From assembly GCF_018977255.1 (NCBI RefSeq), contig NW_024704742.1, positions 94,056,001 to 94,120,000 on the forward strand: 64,000 nt of DNA. The letters are read 5' to 3'. Under the pieces are notes generated by a model, which did no database searches, was not told the origin of the DNA, and saw only the letters and a list, made by a program, of their open reading frames with translations. Below, piece after piece: positions 50,477-64,000 of this stretch (the first letter of the stretch is position 1; each line of letters starts with the position of its first letter). The position numbers and the translations under genes are program-made. The DNA is from Callorhinchus milii. Lineage: Eukaryota.

Positions 50477-52966
50477 TAAAGCTCTAACTTGGATTGACAA
50501 TTCTGATTCAATGATAAGTTTAGAATAAATATTACCATCAATATGTAACTGCCACATTTCAAGACCACATAAAAGGTGTGTCCTGGCTTCCCACTCGCTG
50601 ACAATCTTCTCAAAGAATGCACTCAGAAGAACTATAGCTATAATTGAGGCGTCAATCGTTCGATTCAACAGCTCGTGCAGAAACTTGTGAGCCGGGTGGC
50701 AACGGCTTACAATTCCCACTGGTCATTAGTTTTCTTTGGCACTTACATTTTACACACGCTGAACGTCAACAAAGTGCCACAGAGTGGTTGGATGAGGCTT
50801 TACACGTGCACTTTAGTGCTCTAATGAGCTGCCAGTCTCAACCGCATCACACATGCAGGTGCAGAGTAGAAAGGAAAACAGGAAGTCTAGTCATCACCAA
50901 AGACCACCCACGCATACCTCCCCACAGCTGATTTGACAGCAATGCCATTGGAAGCAGGTTAGCTGTGAGTGATGCGTAGCCCAGGAGAGGATCTGAATAA
51001 GAACTAGGGAAGCTAATTCTTATTCACACATTTACTCAAAGATTAAGCAGGTGGATATTCTCAAATTTCACTGCATTGTTTCTCTGCAATGCATTACCTC
51101 ACAAACACTTTATCATGTCAATTCTTCACTGCACTAAAATGGCAGAGTTCACCTACAGGTTGAGCTATTAACTGATACATAATGAAATGGGAATGAACTG
51201 AGTGACACTGCTTTAAATACGTCTTCAACACCAACTGCAACATCCAACAGTTTGGGACTTGGCATTTCGAGACTCTTACAAATTCGGCAGCTTCCGACAT
51301 TCAGTAAATGGTCGAAATTAACGCACCAAATATTGCAAATTAAACTCCACTCCCCTTTTCTCTAAAAGGTAGTCAGCTGCTTGGCAAATATCAGATTATT
51401 CCTGTTCACCTTTAGATATGTGTCGCCCAATACATTGATTGTCTAACCAATAAACAAACAATATTCCAAATAGCTCTACAAGAATAGCTCAACAACAACT
51501 TGCATTTATGTAGCACCCTTCAAGCGGAGTAACGGCCCCGAGCGCTTTATAGCTCAGTCATATAAATCTATCTAATTCCCTTTTGAAAGTTATTATTGAA
51601 TCTGCTTCTACCACCTGTCAGACAATGCATTCCAGATCATAACAACTCACTGGGTACAATATTCTCCTCATCTCCCCTTAGGTTATTTTGCCAATTATCT
51701 TAAATGTGTGTCCTTTGGTTACTGACCCAACTTCCAGTGGAAACAGTTTTTCCTTATCCTAGGGGTTACAATTCTCCTTTCTATCCCACATGCAGTCTCT
51801 GATCAGGACTGCTTTCCTCCACCAATGCCACATTACCTACCTCTGACCATAACTCAAACCGAATGCAGCTGAAACCCTTATCACGCTTTCATCACCTCCC
51901 GCCTTGGTTATTCCAATGTCCTCTTTGCTGGTCTCCCCGGCTCCACCACTCATAAATCCAATTAATTCAAAACTTTATAACCATATTCTCACCCCTACCA
52001 AACTCTACAGCCTCAATACCCCAGTCCTTGTTAAATTGCACCCACTGAAGATCCCAAGAGTAAAACTGAATGTTGTGCAACAGATATTATGTCAATCTAA
52101 CATAGTATAAATGAATATTAATAATTAATAAATTTCAGCCTGGGTCATTAAATGAAAACCTCCACTGAGCTTAGTACTGAAGTGATAACTCCATTCACAA
52201 TTTTCTAGCTGCTCAAGGTTTACGTTGTAAAACTTAATTCTTTGACTGTGCCTATGATCACCTCCCCGACCACAACTATGGTCACTTCCCCCTCTCAATA
52301 TTTGACCCCCACTAACGTAAAGCATGCAAAGACATTATTTTACCCAAAGGACAATATATAAATACAAGTTGTTGTAAAGAAATGTTACTAGAAGGGTATA
52401 TTAGGTAGAAATTACTAGTCAAAGACTAATAACAACAACCAAAACAATTTGCATTTATATAGCGCCCTTCCCATGGGGTAGAATCTCGGAGCACTAATTC
52501 AACCACTCCAAAATAATACAAGTAGTTGAGCTGAACAAGTTTAATTACAGCTAATTAACATTTGGATATCTGCTGCATATACACTTGACACATATTTGAA
52601 AATACAGTAAAGTTAAAACACACCACTTTTAGAGCCACATCTTTACAACAGTCCCCTAAATTCTTACAACGCAGTTTACAAATCTCTGGAAATCATTTTT
52701 CACATTAATCTGTTCTTTTAAAAAGGTTCAAGTATAAAAGATATCTAACAATAAAATGCACTACAAGAAAGCATCACTGGGGGAAAAAAATAATTGCCAC
52801 TGCAACCGATAGCTCCTACTGGAATTACAATGAAGTAAAATGAAAAGAATAAACTACGCTCCATTACAAGCTATGCCAGATTTCTCAAATAGTTATTTAA
52901 ACAAAGTAATAAATTCTCACGTACAATATGCTATGTATAAGCTTGTAAAATTGGAGTCAGTCTTAC

Positions 52967-53220
52967 CTGTAATGACTTCTCTTGACTGTGATGCACAGAT
53001 CTGAAGAACCTATTTAAGTAGTAATCAACTGGGAGATTGAGAATGGGCAGGTCGATCTGAAGGATGAGACTGAGGTCGAGTCCTTCAACCAACCTCCTGT
53101 TTCTCAACATCCTGGCAATCCAGTACAGTGTCCCTCTTTGAGCCAGTGACATGTCTTTTTTGTTCTTCATAACGTTAAATATGACCTGTTTGAGTTCACG
53201 TAGCAGCGGAGTGCTCTGCA
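52967..53220 (-). CDS. Candidate alternative AOPEP coding exon (xVQSTPLLRELKQVIFNVMKNKKDMSLAQRGTLYWIARMLRNRRLVEGLDLSLILQIDLPILNLPVDYYLNRFFRSVHHSQEKSLQ)
   Basis: 254-nt stop-free frame with strong donor CAG|gtaaga in phase 0, matching the LLPDQ exon. Two in-frame acceptors (exon start 53220 or 53226), both phase 1. Protein-like helical composition. No homology recognised. Confidence 0.5.
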
Positions 53221-53709
53221 CTGATACTGAGATGACAACAGTTCAGTACGTATGGTATTAAGTTGCCTTGGAATAGTTAACTGCAACTATGTTTAAGCTT
53301 ACAGCATTCAGAATGATTGAGTTTGAAACTCTGATCAATTGAGAACATCAGGACCAACAATGGAATGGTCAAGAAGTGAGGCATCACCAAGCCTTATCGG
53401 GCAAAAGCACATTTAAAGGTACATCATAATCGGATCGTAAAGAACTTCACATTTAAGAAATAGCTTTGCTTCTAGATTTCACTGTTTCACAATCGTAAAC
53501 TCTGAGACGGGGAGAAGAAAAGCATTTTGACAAACGTATTTGAAAGCTGACTCACAGTAATCTCTCCAGCCAAAAGCCAACCAACACCACCTGCATCCGC
53601 AAGGCAAGGTAATTCTATCTATTACAAAAGCTGACAGCTGCGAGAGGAGGTCACAGGTATATTACACTCTACCCACTGCACTGCGTCTAAACATCTGTGT
53701 AAATGATAG

Positions 53710-54875
<1,166 letters not shown>

Positions 54876-56226
54876 GCAACAACTAAGAAGGGGACAAAAA
54901 TTCAAGCTCAGAAGTGAACAGGGAAATGAGATTCAATTAATTCACACAGAGAGTGGTCCTATCCATTTCTATGTTCTAAATCCTACCATGCTCAGGCTCT
55001 GGCTCTCTGTTAAGCACTTTGATATGTCTCGGCCCACAAAATACAGTCAATCCACTATACAGTATATCCTGTGAAGTGCTATGAGACGCCTCAGTTACAT
55101 GATAAGGCGCTATATCAAACGAAAGGATTATTATTTTATTATTGTTAATGGCGCTATATCTGCTATATTCATAAATGTGAGCTGTTGTTACTATTAAAAT
55201 CAGGAGCACAGTAGTTGCCAGGCCAGATATAGATCAGCATTGCACCACTCAGCGGTGCAGCATTCCAACAAGACAGTAGTTGTGATTGTGTGCTTCACAA
55301 CAATGTAGCAAGAGAGAGATTTCTCGACCAATATATTGTCCAAGAAAATGATGTTGATTAATAAAAAGCCAGGAAAACAATGGTCATTAAAAACAATATA
55401 ACTTCTGACTAGATGGAGCTTGGCTATAGTTTGGCTGAGATGATGGCCATGGTCAAGCAGCCTGGTGGCATTCATCGCTAGATTCATGCATGAAAAATGC
55501 CTGCTTGGGTGAGGTACAAGGGGTGGCTGCTTTTGGGTCTATGCGGCGCTGAACAAAGCGTCACTGAACAAACACCAGCTCATTTATAATACATTTCCTG
55601 TCCATTCATTTCCAGTCAATACATATTAACCGTCCAACAAACCCATGTAAAACTAGAGTGGAATGAGCAAATAAATGTATCCAGAATTGTAATATGCTCT
55701 CAGGGACTTGCGCAAGTAAGAGATGTTAAACAGATGTTTAAATTTCCACTGGTCACCTGCACCTCATCACTACCTTGTTACTAAACACCCCTCTTTTCTT
55801 CCCCCTTTCCCAAGTTTTTTCTTCCCCTCTGCTGAGGTGCAAGCTCAAGCTGGGTTATGACTCTAAACTGCACTCCAGCAGCTCAATCACATAGTTATGA
55901 TTAAGCTTCCAGCAGCAAAGGCTGGCAAGCTACAGTCAATCCCTGCTAATAACACTGGAGTGTGTGTGGGTGGGTGGGGGGGGGGGGTCTATAATATAAC
56001 CAGCCTTGTAACAGGCGCAATCACTGTCAGCTCTTCTACAGTGTGATGCAACTCATCATGACCAGGGACGTCACTGCACATGCACAGAGAAGCCTAACCG
56101 GCTTCCCACACACTAAACAGGTACAACTTCTGGGTTATCTGGTCGCTGGGAACCTCACTTCCTATGTGCTGCACATAGTTAACTGTAGCACACCGACTCA
56201 GCCGAGAGAGCTAATTCAGCAGGAAC

Positions 56227-56755
56227 TATAAGAACATAAGAAATAGGAGCAGGAGTAGGCATTCGGCCCCTCGAGCATGCCATGCCAATTAATAAGATCA
56301 TGGGTGATTTCCTAACCTAATTCCATTTACCCGCCCTATCCCCACATCCCTTAATCCCTTTAGTTTTTAAAAATCTATTGATCTCAAGTCCTGAATATGT
56401 TCAATGACTGAACATCCACAGTCTTCTGGGGTAGAGAGTTCCATAAATTCACTACCCTCTGAGTGAAGAAATATTTTCTCAACTCAGTTCTAAAGGACTG
56501 ACCTTTAATTCTGAGACTATGATCCCTAGTTTTAGATTCTCCACCCAGGGGAAACAGTCTCACACTATCTACCCGTCAAGACCCTTAAGAATCTTATAGG
56601 TTTCTATAAAATCCCCTCTAATTCTTCTATATTCTAGAGAATATAGGCCTAGTCTGCTCAACTTCTCCTCGTAGGTCAAACCCCTCATCCCAGGAACCAA
56701 CCTAGTGAACCCACGCTGCACCCCTCTAAGGCAAGTATATCCTTTCTTAAGATAT
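56227..56755 (-). mobile_element. CR1 LINE 3' end
   Basis: (ataagaac)n tail plus aggagcaggagtaggcattcggcccctcgagc; same family as 53863-54875. Confidence 0.9.
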
Positions 56756-59256
56756 TTCCTTTCTATGAATCAACAACTCATATTTATACAGAGTCCATCA
56801 TGTAGCAAAATATCTTGGGAGTGTTTTACAAAAGACAGGGGCCAGACATCAAGCAAAGCAGAGAGGTTGTTATAGGTGTGTTCGAAGAGGTAGGGTTTAA
56901 GGTGGGATTTAAAGACGGAAAGAGAAGGGGTAAAAGAGAGGAGTAGAGGATGGAGTTCCAGAGATTTGGGGGCATAGGATCTGAAGGCTGTAAATCTGAT
57001 GGAGACGCAGAGAGGCCTAGAGCCTGGAGGTTTGTTGAACTTGATGGCTCAGTAGCTATTGAGACCAGGTATTGTATTTATTACTCAACCATCACGGAAG
57101 CCCCCTCACCCAATTCTGATATCTTGAAAGAAACAAACAAACATGCATTGCAAGTACACAACTAGGTATAAATATGGAGTACGAAAGGTCATTGGATTGC
57201 CCTTATCCAACACCTCACAAATCCCGTAAGCTAACATTTATTCTATGTGCTGTGCATATAACCTAATCCAGTGTACGTAAAACCACATGTGCGGTTCTTT
57301 CTGTCTCAAAAATTGTTGACTTGTATTTTTCAAACATTCAAGCAAAGCTGAAAATAAAACATTTACTTTAAAGGCAATGAATGACATCTGGGTGTAAATC
57401 TCATAAAGTGAGGAATGACAATACATTCCAAAAACCTAGAAGAAATAAGTCTATACCATGACTTAAATTTTCTTCAGGATGACATTAGCTGTAAGATCCA
57501 CCTGAGACTATGTGAGCTAATTTTAAAGTAATGGTGGAACCATGAATTTTAACTCTGCGCAATCAGATCAAAAGAGTGCCTCTGACTCCTTTGATGTGAT
57601 TCTGTTTGTTGCTAGTGTCAATAATACGAGCTCAATGCACTAACAGCAACAATTTATATTTATAGAACACCTTTCACAACCGAGATGACATCTCAAAGCG
57701 CTTCACTCTGCTGACCGGGGGCCTAAGCTGGAGGGGGGAGGGAGGTGATGAAAGTTAGAAAGATAAATCATAAGTGGCGTTTTGAAGGCGGGGAAAGATT
57801 TTTTTAAAAAAGCACAAACATAGATGTATTTATTCTAACCACACCTCTCTTGGCAATCTCGCTTGTTGTTATGTGCGATCATAAAACATTAAAGATTCCT
57901 CAAAGAAAATAGAAAGTGTCTGAATGCATCTGAAGAAACTGTCTGAATAAACAAATTAAATATTCATTCAAAATGGGAAAAAAATAACTTTGACTTGGGA
58001 AACGTTTTAACAATCATCCGCCAGTACATTTTGCAAAAAACGTTCATGTTTGTTTTAATTTTAAAATTTCTTAAATATTAGAATAGAAGCTCTCTCACCA
58101 GTTCAACATATTTGCAGGAATGTCCGAGGTTTGAACTCTGTTTTTTGGTGATTGGTAAGGAAACAAGATCCCCACGTATCAGGTAGAGAAAGTTCAGCCA
58201 GGGCTGTTGTTCCTGAGCACTATCCAGCAACTCTTACCGGGCTTGTGGATGTCAAGTGTCGGGCTCAGCAACAATGCACATTACACCCACAAATTTCCCG
58301 CCAACGTTCACTGCCATGACTCAAACACAAATTGCCACATGGGGGTAAGGCAAGCCCGGAGACAGCCAGTAGCAATAAAAGGAAAAAAAATATCAATTGC
58401 CTGGGTGGGGGGAGGAAGATAATTTACAAGAAAGCAAATATTTGTCCAAATGGATTTCAGTCATGATAAAGTCAGTCACAAACAACAGATAGAGCTAAAG
58501 TCTCTGTACGCCACAAAACACTGAAAAGGTTCTTTGTCTGAAAACCACCAGTTAAAAAACAATCTTCTATTTGTGGAAATAGAGGGTTTGAAAAACTTCT
58601 GCCAATGAATGATTGCCACACAGCTTCAGAATCATTCAATGACTGTATAAAACAGCACTGAGGAGATGCAGCTGGCAGCTACAAATTATTACTACGATTA
58701 AGCCTTGGAAAGACAGGTGTTGGAACTGATTTAACAAATTCATTGGCAAGATTTACTTATTGCAGCTGGGCCAAATAAATCATGTTAAAAATATGCTTTT
58801 CTCCAAAAAAACACACCTATTTGAAAATAAGTCCTTGATAAATTGCTCGCCATTTACAACATTCCTTGCTGAAAAATAAAATCACTTTTACAGCATGAAA
58901 AAACGAAAGCAACTAAGCAAGTCAAAAATACCATCAACAGTAATAACGCTTTCATTTGATATAGCACCTTATTACAACTTTGAGACATCTCAAAGACTTT
59001 CACAGAATATACTTTAAAGACTGCATATTTTGTGGGCGAAACGTACCGTTCAGCTATTGAGCATCTTCAATTAACAACGAGCAACTTCTAAGAAGTGGAG
59101 TTTTTTGGTATAATTTTTCCATTGCCTCTTTAGTCTTCCTTGAGTCATACACCCTTCCCACAGTCAGTACATTGAGAGACAATTTGTTACATTGGCCTCT
59201 GAAGACGGTGTTCATGGCAGCCACCAGACATGCAGGAGCGGTCTGCAGTGACTCAC

Positions 59257-59389
59257 CATCCAGCTTTTGGCTTCTTCCCTGTAAGGAAACACCTGGTATC
59301 CGCTCAGTGCCCTCAACTCTCAACAGTACGTCCAACATTGGAAACTTGTCGTGTGAGGAATTGCAAGAGCAAAACCACATCCTACCACC
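59257..59389 (-). CDS. Candidate alternative AOPEP exon (GGRMWFCSCNSSHDKFPMLDVLLRVEGTERIPGVSLQGRSQKLD+G)
   Basis: Strong donor ATG|gtgagt at 59257/59256 ending in phase 1, compatible with the 53220 acceptor. Open frame with ATG at 59380. The acceptor taccgcag| is weak; an internal strong acceptor gtttccttacag| would give a 22-nt microexon instead. Confidence 0.33.
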
Positions 59390-61096
59390 CTGCGGTATAG
59401 CGTGTTTAAGCACCAATGTGCTGTGTCACGCGACCACTCAATCAAAGAAAATAAAAATCATAAAAGTATTGCGAATAAATGATAGAAACACTAAGAAAGA
59501 TTATTAAATGTCATTGCAGTACAATTATGGGAAAAAATTATTTTGGGAGTATTTTAGTATAAAAACATACAAGTGATAAAAGATATTTCTTTTGGGCACA
59601 ACAGACTATGACATATCTGTGAGTCCTCTCCTCTGCAGCCCGCAAACACTCACTGTTTAGGTACACACAGCAAGAATATCTGCATGAACAGGGTATCAGA
59701 AGGTGGCTGGGATCTGCGGGGCTGAACACCAGCACCATTCATTGCCTTTGGGAGAAAAGTAAAGGGAAAAATACTTGCAGATTCTGTAAATGTTGTAACC
59801 AAAAACTCTTTGTAAGTCAAAGATCAAACATACACAACACACATGTCTATTTTTCATTATTGCCCTTCTTAACTGAAGTTAGTTTCAACTCTTCACCTTC
59901 TAGTTTTTGCCAATAGAGTAACACTAAACAATGAAAATATCTGGTTTAAAGCTACATTTAAGCTTCTACCAGCAAAATTGCCCAATACTGGTAATGAGAT
60001 TGCAAATACATCAGTAAATCAACTCTGACAAGCCACCTTTCTGTATATAACATTGAAGTTGAGTGTTAGATTTGAGGAACATTGCAATATGGTATTGCAA
60101 AGACTTGCATGTTGCAATTAAGAGTCTCACAATATTTACAGCAGATTACCTTTGGACTATTTCAAGCGATAAGCACCTGCAGCAAAACATTTTTAGTGTA
60201 GTAAAAACAAGAGGTTGGTTTCATGGACACATAATCCAAGGAAAATAATGGTCACATTTCCACCTGTCATTCAACCAGGGTGTGCAGGCAGCCTTATCCT
60301 GAGGAATGTGGGCACAATAAAGGAATCAGATTAGAAAAGGAAGGAGGATATTATTCTTTAGTTTAGAATGTTCTTCTTAGTCTTTACGTTTCTCTTTTTA
60401 CCAGTGCCTCCTGCACACCCCTTAGTGCATGTTCCCCATCTCCAGATACTTGTATGTTATGCACCACCAGCTTATAACTGTTTTAATTGGTGAATTATAT
60501 AACTTCCTCTGCACACATGGTTTACACAATTTGTATAATACTTACGTTTGCATGTGCATAACAGATTTCACTGTCTGATTAAATATAGTCAATTCATTTC
60601 ACAACATATTCTGTGAAGCACCTTGAGACGTCGTAACAATGTAATAAGACGCTGTATCAAATTCAAGTATTATTATTAATAATATTTATTTTACTAAAAA
60701 AAATTCCATCCCCCTGGGCCACGCATAGCCAAGTTGGAATGCTATCACCCACAGAGTACTGACTTTGTAGAAGGAAATGAAGGGTGTTGAGGTGCAAAGC
60801 AAAACATGTTTTTAAAAGAACATCTTATGCAAGGATTTTGAAAGCTACCTAGCAAAATAAAAACATTACAGTCGGCAGAGAGAATGGCTTCACACAATGC
60901 GACCAATGCAAACAGTAGCTTCAGGAAGAGACAGTGTCAGAAGAAAGCCGTTTAAAGCTTCAGCACACTTCAGATGACTGAAATTCCAGTCAGTGTTACA
61001 CATAGCAACTTTCACAATGTTCAGTTATAATGGGGAAATCTCATCAGAAGCCAACACCATATACATTGCCCACAGCAATTTTCAGAGAACAGAAAA

Positions 61097-61528
61097 TCAG
61101 CCTGGCATGAGATACACTCTCACCTCTTAGTCAGAAAGCTGTGGGTTCAAATCCCATGTTGGAACTTTGAATTCGGTCTCAGGTGACACTCCAGTGCTGT
61201 GTTGGGGATGTGCTGCATTGTCAAAGGTGTTGCCTTTGAGTTAACCATTAACCTAAGGTTCCATCTGTCTGTTCAGGTGGATGTTAAAGATCCCATGGCA
61301 CTATTCAAAAAGAGAAGGAAGTTTCTCCTGGAGTCCTCACCAACAATTGCCTCAGATAAAATTAATCATTCATCTCATGGATGTTTGTTGGACATTGATG
61401 TGCAGAAATTGGCTGCTACATTTACCTACAAATAAAGTTATTAAAATTTATAATAAAATCCTGCAAAAGACTTTGAGATGTCTCAGCGCTGTGATAACAC
61501 ACTATATTAAATACAAGATTATTATTAT
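61097..61528 (+). mobile_element. Older Deu-type SINE, near full length
   Basis: tRNA-like head (gtgggttcaaatccca), ttcaggtggatgttaaagatcccatggcactattc core and (ATT)n tail. Confidence 0.78.
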
Positions 61529-63334
61529 ATCTAGTGTGTCAGATGTCAGTGCTCCTGGCCAAAAACAAAGGAGGAGAAAAAGGGAACGCAATTGAATTGA
61601 GCTCTCGCTGTGATACCATATCTAGAATATAGAACAGTGATTGTATCCATTTGGTGACACTAACAGGACAAATAGTGTGAAGTTATGTTAGTTCAGGATA
61701 TAGTGTCAGGTTATGTTAGTTCACCAGGTACATCAAAATACTGTACACCAAGACAAAAGAACACTTTACATCAGGTTATTTATTGCCATACCCTCAACAC
61801 TGGGAAAGTTGGATCCTACGGATGAGGGATTCAAAAAATACAGATTCACTCTTTGAAAAGTCCCACTCCCAGATACCGTCAGGTTTTCCAGTGCACAAAG
61901 AAACCCATGTGCTATGTGGGAGTTCCCATGCAAAAGCGATTCCAATGAAAAGGAATGAGATTAATGCTGGCAGAGTCCTTCCCTTGTAGTACAATCAGCC
62001 AACAATACAGCAGCGAATATCACAGCAACTTTTACACTTCAATTCATCTAGGAAATGAATTCTTGCCATTTGATAATGGCAGGCATTATCAAACATGCTC
62101 AAGATTTTATTTCATCTTATGTGTAAACTCCCAAAGAGAGAAAAAAAAGAGCATTAATTGCATGGCTGGAGGTGGGCCATTGCTGTGCACAAATTGGCTG
62201 CTATGGACACACTGTTACTATGCTTTACAGTAAATCCTTGTGAAGCACTTGCCTGACCTCCCAATTTATTATTGTGGCTGAATGCAGTCTTAAGGCGTAT
62301 TGTTTAACACAAGTCAGAAGCGACGACAAACACAATGTGTTACAAATCTTCTCTAAGCAATGTGCTTCGTGTCATCTGCGTTCAGCAGGAGTTGGCAATC
62401 AGGGGAACAATTAATTAAAGAGGAACTCTTTGGCCATCAGTCCAGCGGACTAGCCTTCACTCATGCGCAGTGCCTCCCTCCTCTCACAAGTGCTTCACCA
62501 GACATGCCTGCCCAAACAGAGGGGAGAAGCGAAGGAGAGTAACACATGCACAGTTGGTATTGTGATAGGTAACCACTTACAGTGTTTTCCTAGGGTTATA
62601 GGATAAACAACAATTTTATTATATTTGTATCAGGATTTGTTTTGTTAAAACCAAAAATCGGAAGCCTTGAGTATAACCTGCGAAGCGCTTCGAGACATCC
62701 TCCTGATGTGAAAGGCCTTGTATCAAATGCAAGGATTATTAGTGTATTGTCTCTATGATAGAATAAGCATCTCCCAGAACTCCACCAACACCACTCCAAG
62801 TGCAGCTATTAGGAAGCATATCAAACCCAATGATTGCCTTCCGCTCAACATCTCAGGAACAAACTACAGTATATAATAAATATATTCACCAATTAGTTAT
62901 CTTATTCCCTCTTGAATTTGATGACACAATCTACCATTCACTTACAAAATATATCCTTTAGGCTCTTAAAACACTTCAATAAATTTCACCTACTCCTCAG
63001 TGAATTACTATTACCAGTAAATAAAAATCCTTGCATTTGACATAAAGCTTTATGTTGCTGTGACATCTCAAAGCGCTTCACAAGATTTTACTGTGCGGTA
63101 TAGTGACTGTATTTGTAGACTACACTGCAACCAATTTCCACACAGCAAAGTCCCACAGTGGTGGCATAGTTGAGATCAAGAGGTCATTGTGTGGGGAAAT
63201 CACTGGCATACTCATTTCGTGATTCACGTGATTTCGTGATTAAGTCCATCATGTTGCTGGGTGAAGAAGATGGACACACCCTTGCAAAGAAAAAACATTC
63301 CATGTTTTATGTTGCCTGCAACCATTCAAACTTG

Positions 63335-64000
63335 TTGACAAATCTCCAGGACCTGATAGATTCCACCCCAGGGTATTAAAAGTAGGCGAGGAAATTGCAG
63401 ATGCGTTAGTCATAATTTTCCAAAGCTTGCTATATGTGGGAATTGTGCCCTTAGATTGGAGAATTGCAAATGTTACTCCATTATTTAAGAAGGGAGTGAG
63501 TGGGGAAGTTACTGGAATTTTCATCAGGGATAGAGTGATTGAACACTTGGACAAGTATGAGCTAATCAAAGAGTCAGCATGGATTTATGAACTGTAGGTC
63601 ATGTCTGACGAATCTAATTGAATTTTTTGAGGAGGTCATGAACATGTTGAATAAGAGGGTGTTTAGGATGTCATCAACATGGACTTCCAAAAGACATTTG
63701 ATAACGTTCCACACAAGAGGTTATTAGCAAAAATAAAAGCGCATGGAATTGGAGGTAACCTTGAAACGTGGCTTGGTAATTGGTTGAGAGGCAGGAAACA
63801 GAGAGTAGGGATAAAAGGAACATTCTCTGATTGGCAGGACATGACAAGTGGTAAACCTCAGGGGTCTGTACTGGGACCTCAGTATTTGACCATTATATAT
63901 ATTATATTATTATATTATATATAATATATATGTAAATGGCTTGGGTAAAGGAATAGTTTTATATCCAAATTTGCAGATGACACAATGTTAGGAGGTACAG
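63335..64000 (+). mobile_element. CR1 LINE ORF2 reverse transcriptase fragment, running off the window, with an (ATATT)n insertion at about 63895-63930
   Basis: DKSPGPDRFHPRVLK, DWRIANVTPLFKKG, MDFQKTFDNVPHKRLL, PQGSVLGP, SKFADDT. Confidence 0.93.

Overview
Repeat-rich vertebrate genomic DNA. The tRNA-derived/Deu-type SINEs with L2-type tails and the CR1 and L2 LINEs suggest a cartilaginous fish, possibly a chimaera (inference). The minus strand carries the 3' end of aminopeptidase O (AOPEP/C9orf3): three canonical coding exons (30695-30579, 19821-19735, 13929-13789 with the stop), then a post-stop intron containing the conserved miR-23b / miR-27b / miR-24-1 cluster. Here miR-24 lies about 5 kb from miR-27b. 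The rest is intronic and contains L2, CR1, SINE and older retroelement relics. Best candidates for undescribed biology: (1) two phase-compatible exon candidates (59389-59257 and 53220-52967) that would splice in frame onto the AOPEP C-terminal exons, giving a new N-terminus or a 129-aa insert; (2) a candidate terminal exon and poly(A) site upstream of the miRNA cluster; (3) a pre-miRNA-like 34-bp hairpin at 42966-43049; (4) a 51-bp near-perfect inverted repeat at 11077-11408; (5) a double-CArG (SRF) muscle-type enhancer at about 31200-31380. All calls are by eye and no searches were run.
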